DNA of 64,000 nucleotides from an uncultured delta proteobacterium (lineage in GTDB: Bacteria > Myxococcota_A > Polyangia > Polyangiales > Polyangiaceae), in assembly GCA_963763745.1 (NCBI GenBank), contig CAVXQJ010000016.1, positions 449,029 to 513,028 of the forward strand, in the 5' to 3' direction. The translations under genes and the position numbers were made by a program. This document shows positions 1-10,219 of the stretch, piece by piece; position 1 is the first letter of the stretch, and every line of letters begins with the position of its first letter. The notes beneath the pieces were generated by a model that made no database searches, was not told where the DNA came from, and was given only the letters and a program-made list of their open reading frames with translations.

Positions 1-1
1 C

Positions 2-745
2 ACCTCGAACTGGGCGGATCTCGAAGGCGCCGACGTGCTCATCGTCACCGCCGGCATTCCGCGCAAACCGGGTCAGTCGCGCGACGACCTCGTCGCGACG
101 AACCTCCCGATCATCCGCGACGTCGCGCAAAGCGCGAAGAAGCATTGCCCGAACGCGTTCGTCATCGTCATCTCGAACCCGCTCGACGCGATGGTCTACG
201 AGTACAAGCGCGTCACAGGTTGCCCGAAGGGCATGGTCGCCGGCATGGCAGGCGTGCTCGACAGCGCGCGCTTCGAGCTCTTCCTCGCGCGCGAGGCGAA
301 CGTGAGCATCAAAGACGTCCGCGCGATGGTCCTCGGCGGCCACGGCGACGACATGGTCCCCGTGCTCTCGATGTGCACGATCAACGGCGTCCCCGCGACG
401 CACTTCATCAAGCCCGATCGCATGAACGCGATCATCGAGCGCACGCGCAAGGGCGGCGGCGAAATCGTGAACCTCATGGGCACGAGCGCGTACTACGCGC
501 CCGCGACGAGCGCCGTCGCGATGGCCACGGCATACCTCCACGATCAAAAGCGCCTCCTCGCGTGTGCCGCGTATCTCGAGGGCGAATACGGCTACAAAGA
601 TCTCTTCATCGGCGTGCCCGCGATCATCGGCGGCAAAGGCGTCGAGCAGATCGTCGAGATCCCGCTCACGGGCGACGAAAAAGGCATGCTCGAGAAGAGC
701 GCAAAGAGCGTTCAGAGCGTCGTCGAAGTCTGCAAGAAGAGCTGA
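2..745 (+). CDS. mdh: malate dehydrogenase (LDH-like, NAD-dependent), 5' end truncated by window
   Basis: Frame continuous from nt 2. Motifs ADVLIVTAGIPRKPGQSRDDL, NPLD, GGHGD match MDH/LDH family. Stop at 743-745. Confidence 0.9.
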   Translation, partial: TSNWADLEGADVLIVTAGIPRKPGQSRDDLVATNLPIIRDVAQSAKKHCPNAFVIVISNPLDAMVYEYKRVTGCPKGMVAGMAGVLDSARFELFLAREANVSIKDVRAMVLGGHGDDMVPVLSMCTINGVPATHFIKPDRMNAIIERTRKGGGEIVNLMGTSAYYAPATSAVAMATAYLHDQKRLLACAAYLEGEYGYKDLFIGVPAIIGGKGVEQIVEIPLTGDEKGMLEKSAKSVQSVVEVCKKS

Positions 746-789
746 GTCGCGCTACCATTCCCGAAGGGCTTGCTTCGGGAGGTGATGCG

Positions 790-1572
790 ATGAAACGTAT
801 CGGAATTGAGCGTGCCAACGGCACGCGAAATGACTCTTGCTGGGAATTGCGGCGCAGCCGCAAGTTCCCAATTCTCGCGGGGATCTGTGGCGTCGCTGGG
901 CTCGTGTACGCCTGCGGTGGCGCGACGACGACGCTCGATGACGGTGGTGGCGTCGACTCCGGCAACGACTCGACGACAGGCAACGACTCGGGTGGCTCGG
1001 ACACCGGCACGAGCGACACGGGCGTCGGTGACGGCGGCTGCGGTGATGCGTGCGCGAGCTTCAACGGCGACTGCCCCGACGGCGGCTGCCCCGCGAACAA
1101 CGTTTGCGTGACGAGAACCGCGGGGCCAAGCACGACGCACCAGTGTTACCCGCTTCCCACGTGCTGCAGCGGAAAGCCGGCGTGCGAATGCATCGGCACG
1201 TGCGCGTGCGGAAACGAGCAGTGCCAACAATCCTCCGGCGGTGGCGGCATCTCGTGCCTCGGCCCGGTCTCGAAGCGCGAGTTCAAAACGGACATCGCGT
1301 ACGTGGACGAGGCGCAGCGCGCGGAGCTCGCCGAGGAAGCGCTCCAAACGCGCCTCGCGGAATATCGATACAAGAACGAGCCCGAAGGCGCGAAGCGCCA
1401 CCTCGGGTTCATCATCGACGACATGCCCGAGAGCAGCCCCGCCGTCGGCAGCGACGCGACACACGTCGATCTCTACGGCTACACGACCATGCTCCTCGCG
1501 ACGGTGCAGGAGCAGCAGCGGCAAATCGACGAGCTCAAGAAGCAAGTCGACACGCTCAAGAAGAAACACTGA
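790..1572 (+). CDS. secreted or lipid-anchored Cys-rich protein with C-terminal peptidase S74 (endosialidase intramolecular-chaperone) like domain
   Basis: ATG at 790 (M216 of the long spurious ORF 145..1572). N-terminal hydrophobic segment FPILAGICGVAGLVYACGG, then a Gly/Asp/Ser/Thr-rich linker and a Cys-rich module. The C-terminal ~100 aa (SKREFKTDIAYVDEAQRAEL...GFIIDDMPE...DLYGYTTMLLATVQEQQRQIDELKKQVDTLKK) resembles the PF13884 auto-processing chaperone domain. Confidence 0.6.
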   Translation: MKRIGIERANGTRNDSCWELRRSRKFPILAGICGVAGLVYACGGATTTLDDGGGVDSGNDSTTGNDSGGSDTGTSDTGVGDGGCGDACASFNGDCPDGGCPANNVCVTRTAGPSTTHQCYPLPTCCSGKPACECIGTCACGNEQCQQSSGGGGISCLGPVSKREFKTDIAYVDEAQRAELAEEALQTRLAEYRYKNEPEGAKRHLGFIIDDMPESSPAVGSDATHVDLYGYTTMLLATVQEQQRQIDELKKQVDTLKKKH

Positions 1573-1574
1573 CG

Positions 1575-2270
1575 TTGCGCGTCGCGGCGCTCGAGCTCCC
1601 AGCGCGCTTCGATCGCGTCTCCGAAAATCTGGCGCTCGTCGACTCGCTCCTCGCAAGCGCGCGCGCGGACATCGTGCTTTTGCCCGAGGCGTCGCTCACG
1701 GGATACGTGTCGCCCGAGGGCGACTTCGATCTCACGCGATTCGCGGAGCCGCGCGACGGACCCACGGCTCGCGCGCTCGCCGTGCTCGCGAAGAAACACG
1801 CGACGCACCTCGTCGGTCCGCTCATCGAGCGCGCCGGCGAATGCGTGTATAATGCAATGATCGGCTTCGACCCGACCGGCGCCGCGGTCCTCCACTATCG
1901 CAAGCGTCACCCTTGGTACCCGGAGACGTGGGCGACCGCGGGCGACGCGCCACACCCCATCGTCGACATCGCGGGCGCGCGCGTCACGATCGCGATTTGC
2001 TTCGACGTCCACTTCGGAGAGATCCCGCCCGCCGACGTCGTCTTGTTTCCGAGCGCGTGGGTCGAGAGCGACGACGACGCATCGCTCGAGCCCCTCCTCG
2101 CGAAGCTCGGCACGAACGTCGTCAACGCGAACTGGGGCGTTGGCGAGCCGCGCGTCCGCGGTCAGGGGAATTCATGCATTCTACACGCATCGGGCGAAGT
2201 CACACGCGTCGCACCCGGCGATGCCGTCATCAGTGGAACCGTTGCGCCGTCGAATCGCCCACGGAGTTGA
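1575..2270 (+). CDS. carbon-nitrogen hydrolase (nitrilase superfamily) family protein
   Basis: Probable TTG start at 1575, 3 nt after the upstream stop. Sequence RVAALELPARFDRVSENLALVDSLLASARADIVLLPEASLTGY...ICFD is typical of CN-hydrolase. Confidence 0.6.
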   Translation: MRVAALELPARFDRVSENLALVDSLLASARADIVLLPEASLTGYVSPEGDFDLTRFAEPRDGPTARALAVLAKKHATHLVGPLIERAGECVYNAMIGFDPTGAAVLHYRKRHPWYPETWATAGDAPHPIVDIAGARVTIAICFDVHFGEIPPADVVLFPSAWVESDDDASLEPLLAKLGTNVVNANWGVGEPRVRGQGNSCILHASGEVTRVAPGDAVISGTVAPSNRPRS

Positions 2271-2352
2271 TGCGCTTGCCGACCTTCTGAAACGTCGTGA
2301 AGGCCATCACTGCGATGACGACGAAGAGAAAGATGACGTGGTTCTTCGACAT
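2230..2352 (-). CDS. possible 40-aa single-TM membrane peptide (MSKNHVIFLFVVIAVMAFTTFQKVGKRINSVGDSTAQRFH)
   Basis: Small ATG..TGA ORF in an unusually AT-rich intergenic island; hydrophobic core. No clear SD. Speculative. Confidence 0.2.
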   Translation of the reverse strand: MSKNHVIFLFVVIAVMAFTTFQKVGKRINSVGDSTAQRFH

Positions 2353-2450
2353 GCAGGTGAATGTAGGTGCATATCGTATACCCGCATGCTTTCATTGAAA
2401 TCATTGATGAAATCGTGACAAAGGTGGATACCCAGCGATCCAGTTTGGGT

Positions 2451-2468
2451 AAGTTCGGATCCGAACTT
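2451..2468. terminator. 18-bp perfect palindrome aagttcggatccgaactt immediately 3' of the 2473..2928 minus-strand gene; candidate terminator or protein-binding hairpin
   Basis: Perfect inverted repeat seen directly in sequence, 5 nt downstream of the stop codon on the minus strand. No T-tract follows, as is common in high-GC genomes. Confidence 0.3.
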
Positions 2469-2472
2469 GGGA

Positions 2473-2928
2473 TTAGAAGCGAACGGCGAAGCCAAGGCGT
2501 GGACCGTCGCGCCACGCGAACGTCGGGGTCACGTTCACCTTCGTTTTCTGGTCGTACGGGACGAGCCCAACGCCGAGTAGGACGGCGCCCGTGAGCTCGA
2601 CGATGCCGTACGCGACGAGCCCTGGATCGACCCAAAGCGACGAACAGTCCGTTGTGTTCACTTGGAGCGGGCATGCGTGCGGGTTCGCCATGTCCCAACC
2701 GAAACCGATCCACGGTCCCGCGACGGGAATCATGATGAGCGGCGAGATGCCGCCAAAGCCCATGAGCCCCGCGGAAAGAACGCTCAAACCAAATCCGAGG
2801 CCGAGCAAACCTGCGCCCGTGAGCACGAGCGCCATGCGCGGCTTGTGCGCCACTTTGTAACCCGTCGTCTGCGCGGCCGCGGATTGCGTCGCGAGAATCA
2901 AGGCGAGGATGACGGCCGCGCGGCGCAT
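2473..2928 (-). CDS. hypothetical secreted/membrane-associated protein (signal peptide, Gly-rich hydrophobic core, C-terminal Phe)
   Basis: ATG at 2928. N-terminal [20 protein letters not shown] signal-like sequence; the protein ends ...GFAVRF. Confidence 0.45.
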   Translation of the reverse strand: MRRAAVILALILATQSAAAQTTGYKVAHKPRMALVLTGAGLLGLGFGLSVLSAGLMGFGGISPLIMIPVAGPWIGFGWDMANPHACPLQVNTTDCSSLWVDPGLVAYGIVELTGAVLLGVGLVPYDQKTKVNVTPTFAWRDGPRLGFAVRF

Positions 2929-2945
2929 GTGGTACCCAACTTCGC

Positions 2946-4126
<1,181 letters not shown>

Positions 4127-4130
<4 letters not shown>

Positions 4131-5029
4131 GCGTCCTCGTCGACAAGAACACGAAGCTGCTCGTGCAAGGCATCACCGGCAGCGCCGGGAGCTTTCACGC
4201 GAAGCAATGCATGGACTACGGCACGCAAGTCGTTGCAGGCGTGACGCCCGGACGCGGCGGAGAAAAATTCGAGGGTCCGTCGTCCGGCGCAGGAAGCGCC
4301 GGGGGGGTTCCCGTCTTCGACACGGTGAAACAAGCGGTGAAAGCGACCGGCGCGAACGCGACCGTGATCTTCGTTCCGCCGCCCGGCGCGGCCGACGCGA
4401 TCCTCGAAGCGTTCGACGCGGAGATCCCGCTCGTCGTGTGCATCACCGAAGGCATCCCGGTGATGGACATGATCAAAGTGCGCCGCGTGCTCGAAGGCCT
4501 CGACGGAAAGACGCGTCTCATCGGACCGAACTGCCCGGGCATCATCACGCCGGGTCAGTGCAAGATCGGGATCATGCCCGGGCACATTCACAAGGCTGGC
4601 AACATCGGCGTCGTGTCGCGCTCGGGCACGCTCACGTACGAGGCCGTCGGGCAGCTCACGGCGCTCGGCATCGGGCAGTCGACGTGCATCGGCATTGGCG
4701 GCGATCCCGTCGGCGGAATGGACTTCGTCGACGTGCTCACCTTGTTCAACGAGGACAAAGACACGCACGGCGTGATCATGATCGGCGAGATCGGCGGCGG
4801 CGCCGAAGAGCGCGGCGCGGCGTACATCAAAGCGAAAATGAAGAAGCCGGTCGCGTGCTTCATCGCGGGGACCACCGCGCCGCCGGGAAAGCGCATGGGT
4901 CACGCCGGCGCGATCATCTCGGGTGGAAAAGGAACCGCGGCGGCGAAGATGGAAGCGCTCATCGCGGCCGGTTGCAAAATCGCGCCGACACCGAGCGACA
5001 TGGCGTCCACGTTGAAGTCCATGATGTAA
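4127..5029 (+). CDS. sucD: succinyl-CoA synthetase alpha subunit
   Basis: ATG overlaps the sucC stop (ATGA). [24 protein letters not shown]...SRSGTLTYE...GIGGDP canonical SucD. Carries a ~10-aa Gly/Ser-rich insert ([12 protein letters not shown]) near the N-terminus. Confidence 0.95.
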
Positions 5030-5030
5030 A

Positions 5031-5321
5031 TCAGCGCGTGTCGTCGTCGCATTGCGCGACGATGCGCGCTTCGTGATCGCACGAGAGCGTGCACCCGTAC
5101 GATTCGCTCTCGTCCGACGAGCTCGTGCATCGCGCGGGCACGACGGAATCGCAGCCGATCGTCGTGAACGTAGAGGACGTGTCGCACGCGAGCGTGCATG
5201 TCGTCGTCGTTTCGCAGAAGATGGGCGCGGCCGCATCGGGTGTCGGCGCGGATGCGTCGGTGGAATTCCAAGTCGCATGCGAGCACGCGGCGACGAGCGA
5301 CAAGACCAGACTGCGTTTCAT
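5031..5321 (-). CDS. small Cys-rich lipoprotein (hypothetical)
   Basis: MKRSLVLSLVAAC lipobox-like signal; 12 Cys in the 96-aa protein; its ATG overlaps the stop of the upstream oxidoreductase gene. Confidence 0.4.
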   Translation of the reverse strand: MKRSLVLSLVAACSHATWNSTDASAPTPDAAAPIFCETTTTCTLACDTSSTFTTIGCDSVVPARCTSSSDESESYGCTLSCDHEARIVAQCDDDTR

Positions 5322-6898
5322 GCGCGCTCATCGGTCGCGCACGTAGTCAGTTGTGCGCCAAATCGGAAATCACGCGCGCGGCCGCGTTGTGACCTGCTGC
5401 GCCGATGACCGAGCCCGCCGGGTGCGTCCCCGCGCTGCACGAATAGAGATTCGCGATGGGCGTCGCGTACGGCAATCGATCGGCGAATCCCCATCCGTTG
5501 TCGACGTGATGAATGTGTCCGCGCGTGATGCCGAAGTGGCTCTCGATTTTCTTCGGGTGAAGCGCGAACACGTCGACGACGAGATCGCTCGTGCCGGGCG
5601 CGAAGCGATCGCAAATCGCGAGCAGCTTCTTCACGTAGCGCGCCTCTTCCGCCTCCCACGTGCTGCCCGCGATTTCGTACGGAACCCATTGCACGAAGAG
5701 CGCGGAGTTGTGGCGACCCTCGGCGTCTTGGAGCGACGCGTCGAGCGTCGTGTGGACGTACCACTCGATCGTCGGAAAATCGTAGAGCTCGCCGCGCATC
5801 GCTGCGTCGAAGCCGTCGCGCAAACGCGAGATGACCTCGCGCTCGTCGGGCAGAAGGTGAATCGTCGGCGCGAAAGGTTCGTCGAACGCGTTCGGCAGGC
5901 ACGTGAACTTCGGGAGCGCGGAGAGCGCGAGGTTCACTTTGAGCGTCGTGCCCGGTTTCTTCGCGTAGTCGTCGAGGCGGTCGTTGTATTTCTGCATCGA
6001 ACGCGCTTCGGCCCACGAGCTCGCGCATCGCGAACGGATCCGCGTTGCACACGATCGCGTCGGCCTCGATCGATTTCCCGCTCGCAAGCACGACGCCACG
6101 CGCGGTTCCGTTCTCGACGCGCACGCTACAGACCGGGTCGCCCGTTTGGATCTCCACGCCGAGCGCCTTGCAACGGTCCGCGAGCGCGCGCGTGACCGTG
6201 CCCATGCCGCCTTTCACGATCATCCACGTGCCGCCCGATCCATGCAGTCTGCACATGTTGTGAATGAGGAAGTTCATCCCCGTGCCGGGCGTGTCCCACG
6301 AGCCGCACAAGCCGGAGAACGCGTCGGTCGTCGCGTACATCGCTTGGAGCAGGTCGCTCGCGAAGTCGAATCGCGCGAGGTAATGCGAGATGGGTTTGCG
6401 ACAGAGATCGACGAAGATCGCGCGGAGCTCTTTGCGGACGTGGCGCTCGGCGGTGTCTTCGATCGAGAGCGGCGTTTCGAGCCACGTGGGCGCGATGTCG
6501 TCACGCAGCTTCGCGAGCTCGGCTTGCATCGCGGCGTGTGCGTCGTAGTCGCGCTGCGAGAAGAAGCGGATCATCTGCTCGCGCGTCTTCGCTTCATCGG
6601 AGCCGAAGAGGAGGTGGCGACCGGACGCGTCACTCGTTGGCAAGAAATAGTGTGGGTCGCGGCGCACGGTGGGGATGTCGATGCCGAGCTTCTGCATCAG
6701 CTCGGGCGGCATGAGACCGAGGAGGTACGCGCCCGTCGACGCGCCAAGCTCGGGCGCCTTCGTGAAGGGCCGCTCCGTGCGCACCGCGCCGCCGAGCACG
6801 TTTCGCGCTTCGATGACGCGAACGCTCGCGCCGGTTTGCGCGAGCATCACTGCGCACGCGAGCCCATTGTGACCACCACCGACGACGACGACGTTCAT
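5318..6898 (-). CDS. FAD-dependent oxidoreductase, phytoene desaturase (CrtI)-like family; carries one frameshift near 6000-6010
   Basis: N-terminal MNVVVVGGGHNGLACAVMLAQTGASVRVIEARNVLGG Rossmann/GxGxxG motif. The C-terminal half continues in another frame (ORF 5347..6099: ...MQKYNDRLDDYAKKPGTTLKVNLAL...). The junction is ...FAMRELVG / EARSMQKY. Confidence 0.7.
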   Translation of the reverse strand: MNVVVVGGGHNGLACAVMLAQTGASVRVIEARNVLGGAVRTERPFTKAPELGASTGAYLLGLMPPELMQKLGIDIPTVRRDPHYFLPTSDASGRHLLFGSDEAKTREQMIRFFSQRDYDAHAAMQAELAKLRDDIAPTWLETPLSIEDTAERHVRKELRAIFVDLCRKPISHYLARFDFASDLLQAMYATTDAFSGLCGSWDTPGTGMNFLIHNMCRLHGSGGTWMIVKGGMGTVTRALADRCKALGVEIQTGDPVCSVRVENGTARGVVLASGKSIEADAIVCNADPFAMRELVGRSAFDAEIQRPPRRLREETGHDAQSEPRALRAPEVHVPAERVRRTFRADDSPSARRARGHLAFARRLRRSDARRALRFSDDRVVRPHDARRVAPRRRGSPQLRALRAMGSVRNRGQHVGGGRGALREEAARDLRSLRARHERSRRRRVRASPEENREPLRHHARTHSSRRQRMGIRRSIAVRDAHRESLFVQRGDAPGGLGHRRSRSQRGRARDFRFGAQLTTCATDERA

Positions 6899-6971
6899 TG
6901 TAAAGGCGACGCTAGAACAAACGCGGGGATTGCTAAATCAGCTTCCGTTCGGTAGAAGCCGCAGCGTCAAC

Positions 6972-7400
6972 ATGGCTCTAGAACGCACGCTCTGCATCGT
7001 GAAACCGGACGCAGTCGAGAAACGAAAAGCGGGAGCGATCCTCGCTCGGCTCGAAGAAGAGGGCTTCGAGATCGTCGGGCTTCGCCGCACGCACCTCGAC
7101 AAGCGCACCGCCGAAGGATTCTACGCCGTTCACAGCGCTCGGCCGTTCTTCGGCGAGCTCGTGACGTTCATGACGCGCTCGCCCGTCGTGATCGCGGTGC
7201 TCCAACGCGACGGCGCGGTCGCGAAATACCGCGAAGTCATGGGCGCGACGGATCCCGCTAAAGCGACCGCGGGAACGCTCCGTAAGCTATTTGGAAGCAA
7301 CGTCGGCGAGAACGCCGTCCACGGGTCGGACTCGCTCGAGAACGCGAAGATCGAGATCAGCTACTTTTTCCCCGGCAGCGAGGTTGCTCCGGCGGCTTAA
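6972..7400 (+). CDS. ndk: nucleoside diphosphate kinase
   Basis: MALERTLCIVKPDAVEKRKAGAILARLEEEGFEIVGLRRTHL...NAVHGSDS canonical Ndk, 142 aa. Confidence 0.92.
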   Translation: MALERTLCIVKPDAVEKRKAGAILARLEEEGFEIVGLRRTHLDKRTAEGFYAVHSARPFFGELVTFMTRSPVVIAVLQRDGAVAKYREVMGATDPAKATAGTLRKLFGSNVGENAVHGSDSLENAKIEISYFFPGSEVAPAA

Positions 7401-7446
7401 TTTCGACAGAGCATTTTTCACGCGTGGGGGGATTGAAGGACTGCGC

Positions 7447-8280
7447 GTGGCGAGCAAGAAAGCAGACACCCCACACGAAACGACGCCACCGTCCGCCGAG
7501 CGATCGCGGAGCTCGGGAGCGGCGCCGCGATCGCACGAGGTCACGGCGCGGCGTGGGCGGGTGCGCGACGCGCTGGCGGCGCTCGGAAATCTCGAGACCG
7601 TTCTGCGATCTTCGGCGCGCGTGCTCGGCGGTGAAGAGCTCGACGAGCTTCGTCGCGGTCTCTCTTGGGTGCGCGAGTCGTTCACCGCGGCGACGCTCGA
7701 GGCCGACGGCGATCAACGCGCGGCGCGCGTGGAGCTCGAGAAGTTCGCGGCGTCTCGCGTCGGCGAGATCGAAGCAGCGCTCGACGCGCCGAACGCCGAC
7801 GCGATTTCCCGCGCGAGGCGAGATCTCGAAGCGGCCGCGGGCCTGCTCGAGCTCGCCGAGCGATCGACCGAAGGCGCGCAGGTCGACGTGTCCGTCGCGA
7901 CGCTCGCGGAGCAAGCGCTTCACCTCGCGTGGACGATTCGTTCGTACGGCGCGCTCGCGGTTCACGTGCTGCCGTGCGAGGGCGACTGTTCGGTGTCGTG
8001 CGATCCGCACGTCGTCGCGCGCGTCCTTGCCATCGCGGTCACGCTCGTCCGCGAGGCGGCGGGCGCGGTCGTCGTGCGGACGCACGTCGAAGACGACGCG
8101 GGCGTCATCGAGGTGACGCGTTACGCATCGGAGGATCTCGCAGCGCGCGTCATGCAAACGCGCGTCGCGCCGCTCGTCGCGCCGACGGACGTCGTCGTGG
8201 CGGCCGCCGCGCGCGCAGCGGGCATCCAGCTCGTCATCGCGCCGGCACGCGTGCTCGTGAGGTGTCCGCGCGTCGTGTGA
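7447..8280 (+). CDS. hypothetical protein with degenerate GHKL/HATPase-like C-terminal region
   Basis: Possible GTG start after ndk. The C-terminal ...VLAIAVTLVREAAGAVVVRTHVEDDAGVIEVTRYA...GIQLVIAPARV resembles a histidine-kinase ATP-binding fold without a visible DHp/His box. Start and function uncertain. Confidence 0.3.
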   Translation: MASKKADTPHETTPPSAERSRSSGAAPRSHEVTARRGRVRDALAALGNLETVLRSSARVLGGEELDELRRGLSWVRESFTAATLEADGDQRAARVELEKFAASRVGEIEAALDAPNADAISRARRDLEAAAGLLELAERSTEGAQVDVSVATLAEQALHLAWTIRSYGALAVHVLPCEGDCSVSCDPHVVARVLAIAVTLVREAAGAVVVRTHVEDDAGVIEVTRYASEDLAARVMQTRVAPLVAPTDVVVAAAARAAGIQLVIAPARVLVRCPRVV

Positions 8281-8298
8281 GTCGTGATAGGCAAAGGC

Positions 8299-9123
8299 AT
8301 GGACGACCGCGAGCTGCGCACCAAGATCGAGGCCGCGTTTGCCGATCGCGAAAAGCTGAAGGACGAAACCTACGAGCGCGCCGTGGAAACGGCGATCGCG
8401 CGACTCGATCGCGGCGAGCTGCGCGTCGCGGAGCTCGAAGGCGACGCGTGGGTGACGCACGCGTGGGTCAAGCAAGCCATTCTTCTCTATTTCGCGATTC
8501 GAAAAATGGAGACGCTGACGGTCGGCCCGTTCGAGTTCCACGACAAGATCCCGCTGAAGAAAGATCTCGCGGAGGCCGGCGTGCGCGTCGTTCCGCCGGG
8601 CGTCGTGCGATACGGCGCGTTCGTCGAGCGCGGTGCGATCGTCATGCCCGGCTACGTGAACATCGGCGCGCGCGTCGGCGCGGGCACGATGGTCGACACG
8701 TGGGCCACCGTGGGATCGTGCGCGCAGATCGGTCGCGACGTGCACCTCTCGGGCGGCGTCGGAATCGGCGGCGTGCTCGAGCCGCCCGCAGCGTCGCCCG
8801 TCATCATCGAGGACGGTGCGTTCGTCGGATCGCGCGTCGGTCGTCGTCGATGGAGTGCGCGTCGGCGCGGAGGCCGGTCATCGGCGCGGGCGTCGTGCTC
8901 ACGGCGTCGACGGCGATCCTCGACGTGAGCGGACCGAGCGTCGTCGAGCATCGCGGCGTCGATCCCACCGCGCAGCGTCGTGATTCCCGGGACGCGCACG
9001 AAGAAATTCCCCGCGGGCGAGTTCGGCGTTCCGTGCGCGCTCATCATCGGTCAGCGCACGGCGTCGACCGATCGCAAAATGAGCTTGAACCAAGCGCTGC
9101 GCGATTTCTCGGTGCCTGTTTGA
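8299..9123 (+). CDS. dapD: 2,3,4,5-tetrahydropyridine-2,6-dicarboxylate N-succinyltransferase, disrupted by 2 frameshifts (~8835 and ~8990)
   Basis: MDDRELRTKIEAAFADREKL...hexapeptide repeats...IIEDGAFVGSR, then the frame jumps to ...VVDGVRVGAEAVIGAGVVLTASTAILDV..., then again to ...IPPRSVVIPGTRTKKFPAGEFGVPCALIIGQRTASTDRKMSLNQALRDF*. All three pieces are DapD-like. Confidence 0.75.
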
Positions 9124-10180
9124 TCGACGAGACGCTCCTCTGGCTCTGCTCCATCGCGTCGCCCATCGGCGAAGAAGGCGCGATCTGCGATGCGGTCGAA
9201 GCGCGCCTCGCGAAAATCGCGGCCCCGCGCCGCTACGGGAGCTCCCTGGTTGTCCCATGGATCCGCGAAGGTTCGGATCCGAACCTAAAGCGAAAACACA
9301 TCGTGCTCGCCGGCCACCTCGACACCGTGCGCACCGAGAACGGGCCCGCGCGCATCGAGGGCGACCGCTGCTTCGGCTCGGGATCGAGCGACATGAAGAG
9401 CGGCCTCGCGGTGATGATCGAGCTCGCCGAAAACCGAAGGTTGCAGAATGCAGATACGACGTGACGCTCGTCTTCTATGCGCGTGAAGAAGGGCCGTTCG
9501 TCGAGAACGAGCTCGCCGTCGTGCGTGGAGCGCGATCCCGACGCTGCGCCGCGTCGACTTCGCCGTGTGCCTCGAGCCGTCCGACAACAGGCTCCAGCTC
9601 GGTTGCATGGGATCGATCCACGCGACGGTCACCTTCGAAGGGCGCACGGCGCACAGCGCGAGACCGTGGGAAGGCGAGAACGCGTTGACGAAGGCCGCGC
9701 CGTTCATCGCGGAGATCGGCGCGCTCGCGCCCGAGGAGCACGTCATCGACGGCCTGACGTTTCGCAGCGTGATGACGATCACGCAGGCGCAGTGACGGCG
9801 GGCGCGGGCGCAACGTCGTGCCGGACCGATTCGTCCTCAACGTGAATCATCGTTTCGCGCCCGACGTGACGCTCGAAGCCGCGAAGCGGCGCATCGTGGA
9901 GATAGTCGACGGCCGCGGCGCCATCGAGTTCACGGACTTGAGCCCCGCCGCGATGCCGCACCGCAATCATCCGCTCGCGCAGCACCTCGTCGATTGCGGC
10001 GTCGCCGCGGTCGAACGCAAACAAGCATGGACCGACGTCGCGCGCTTCGCGCAAATCGGCGTGGCCGCCGTGAACTTCGGCCCCGGCGAGAACGCGCAAG
10101 CCCACCAGAAGAACGAATCGACTTCGCTCGCGCTCGTTCACGACGGCTACGAGATCTTTCGACGCTTCGTGACCTCTTAA
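9120..10180 (+). CDS. dapE: succinyl-diaminopimelate desuccinylase (M20 peptidase), disrupted by at least 3 frameshifts
   Basis: The pieces IDETLLWLCSIASPIGEEGAICDAVEARL...HIVLAGHLDTVRTENGPARIEGDRCFGSGSSDMKSGLAVMIELAE / YDVTLVFYAREEGPFVENELA / CLEPSDNRLQLGCMGSIHATVTFEGRTAHSARPWEGENAL / FVLNVNHRFAPDVTLEAAKRRIVEIVD...AVNFGPGENAQAHQKNESTSL lie in different frames, and all match DapE. Confidence 0.7.
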
Positions 10181-10219
10181 ACGAACAACTCCACGCGCCG
10201 CGCGCCGACACGGGAACAA

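Noticed and set aside
145-1572. 475-aa ORF spanning the mdh 3' end through 1572
   Set aside because: The first ~215 codons are an Arg/His-rich out-of-frame read-through of mdh, typical of high-GC spurious ORFs. Only the part from ATG 790 encodes a protein-like sequence.
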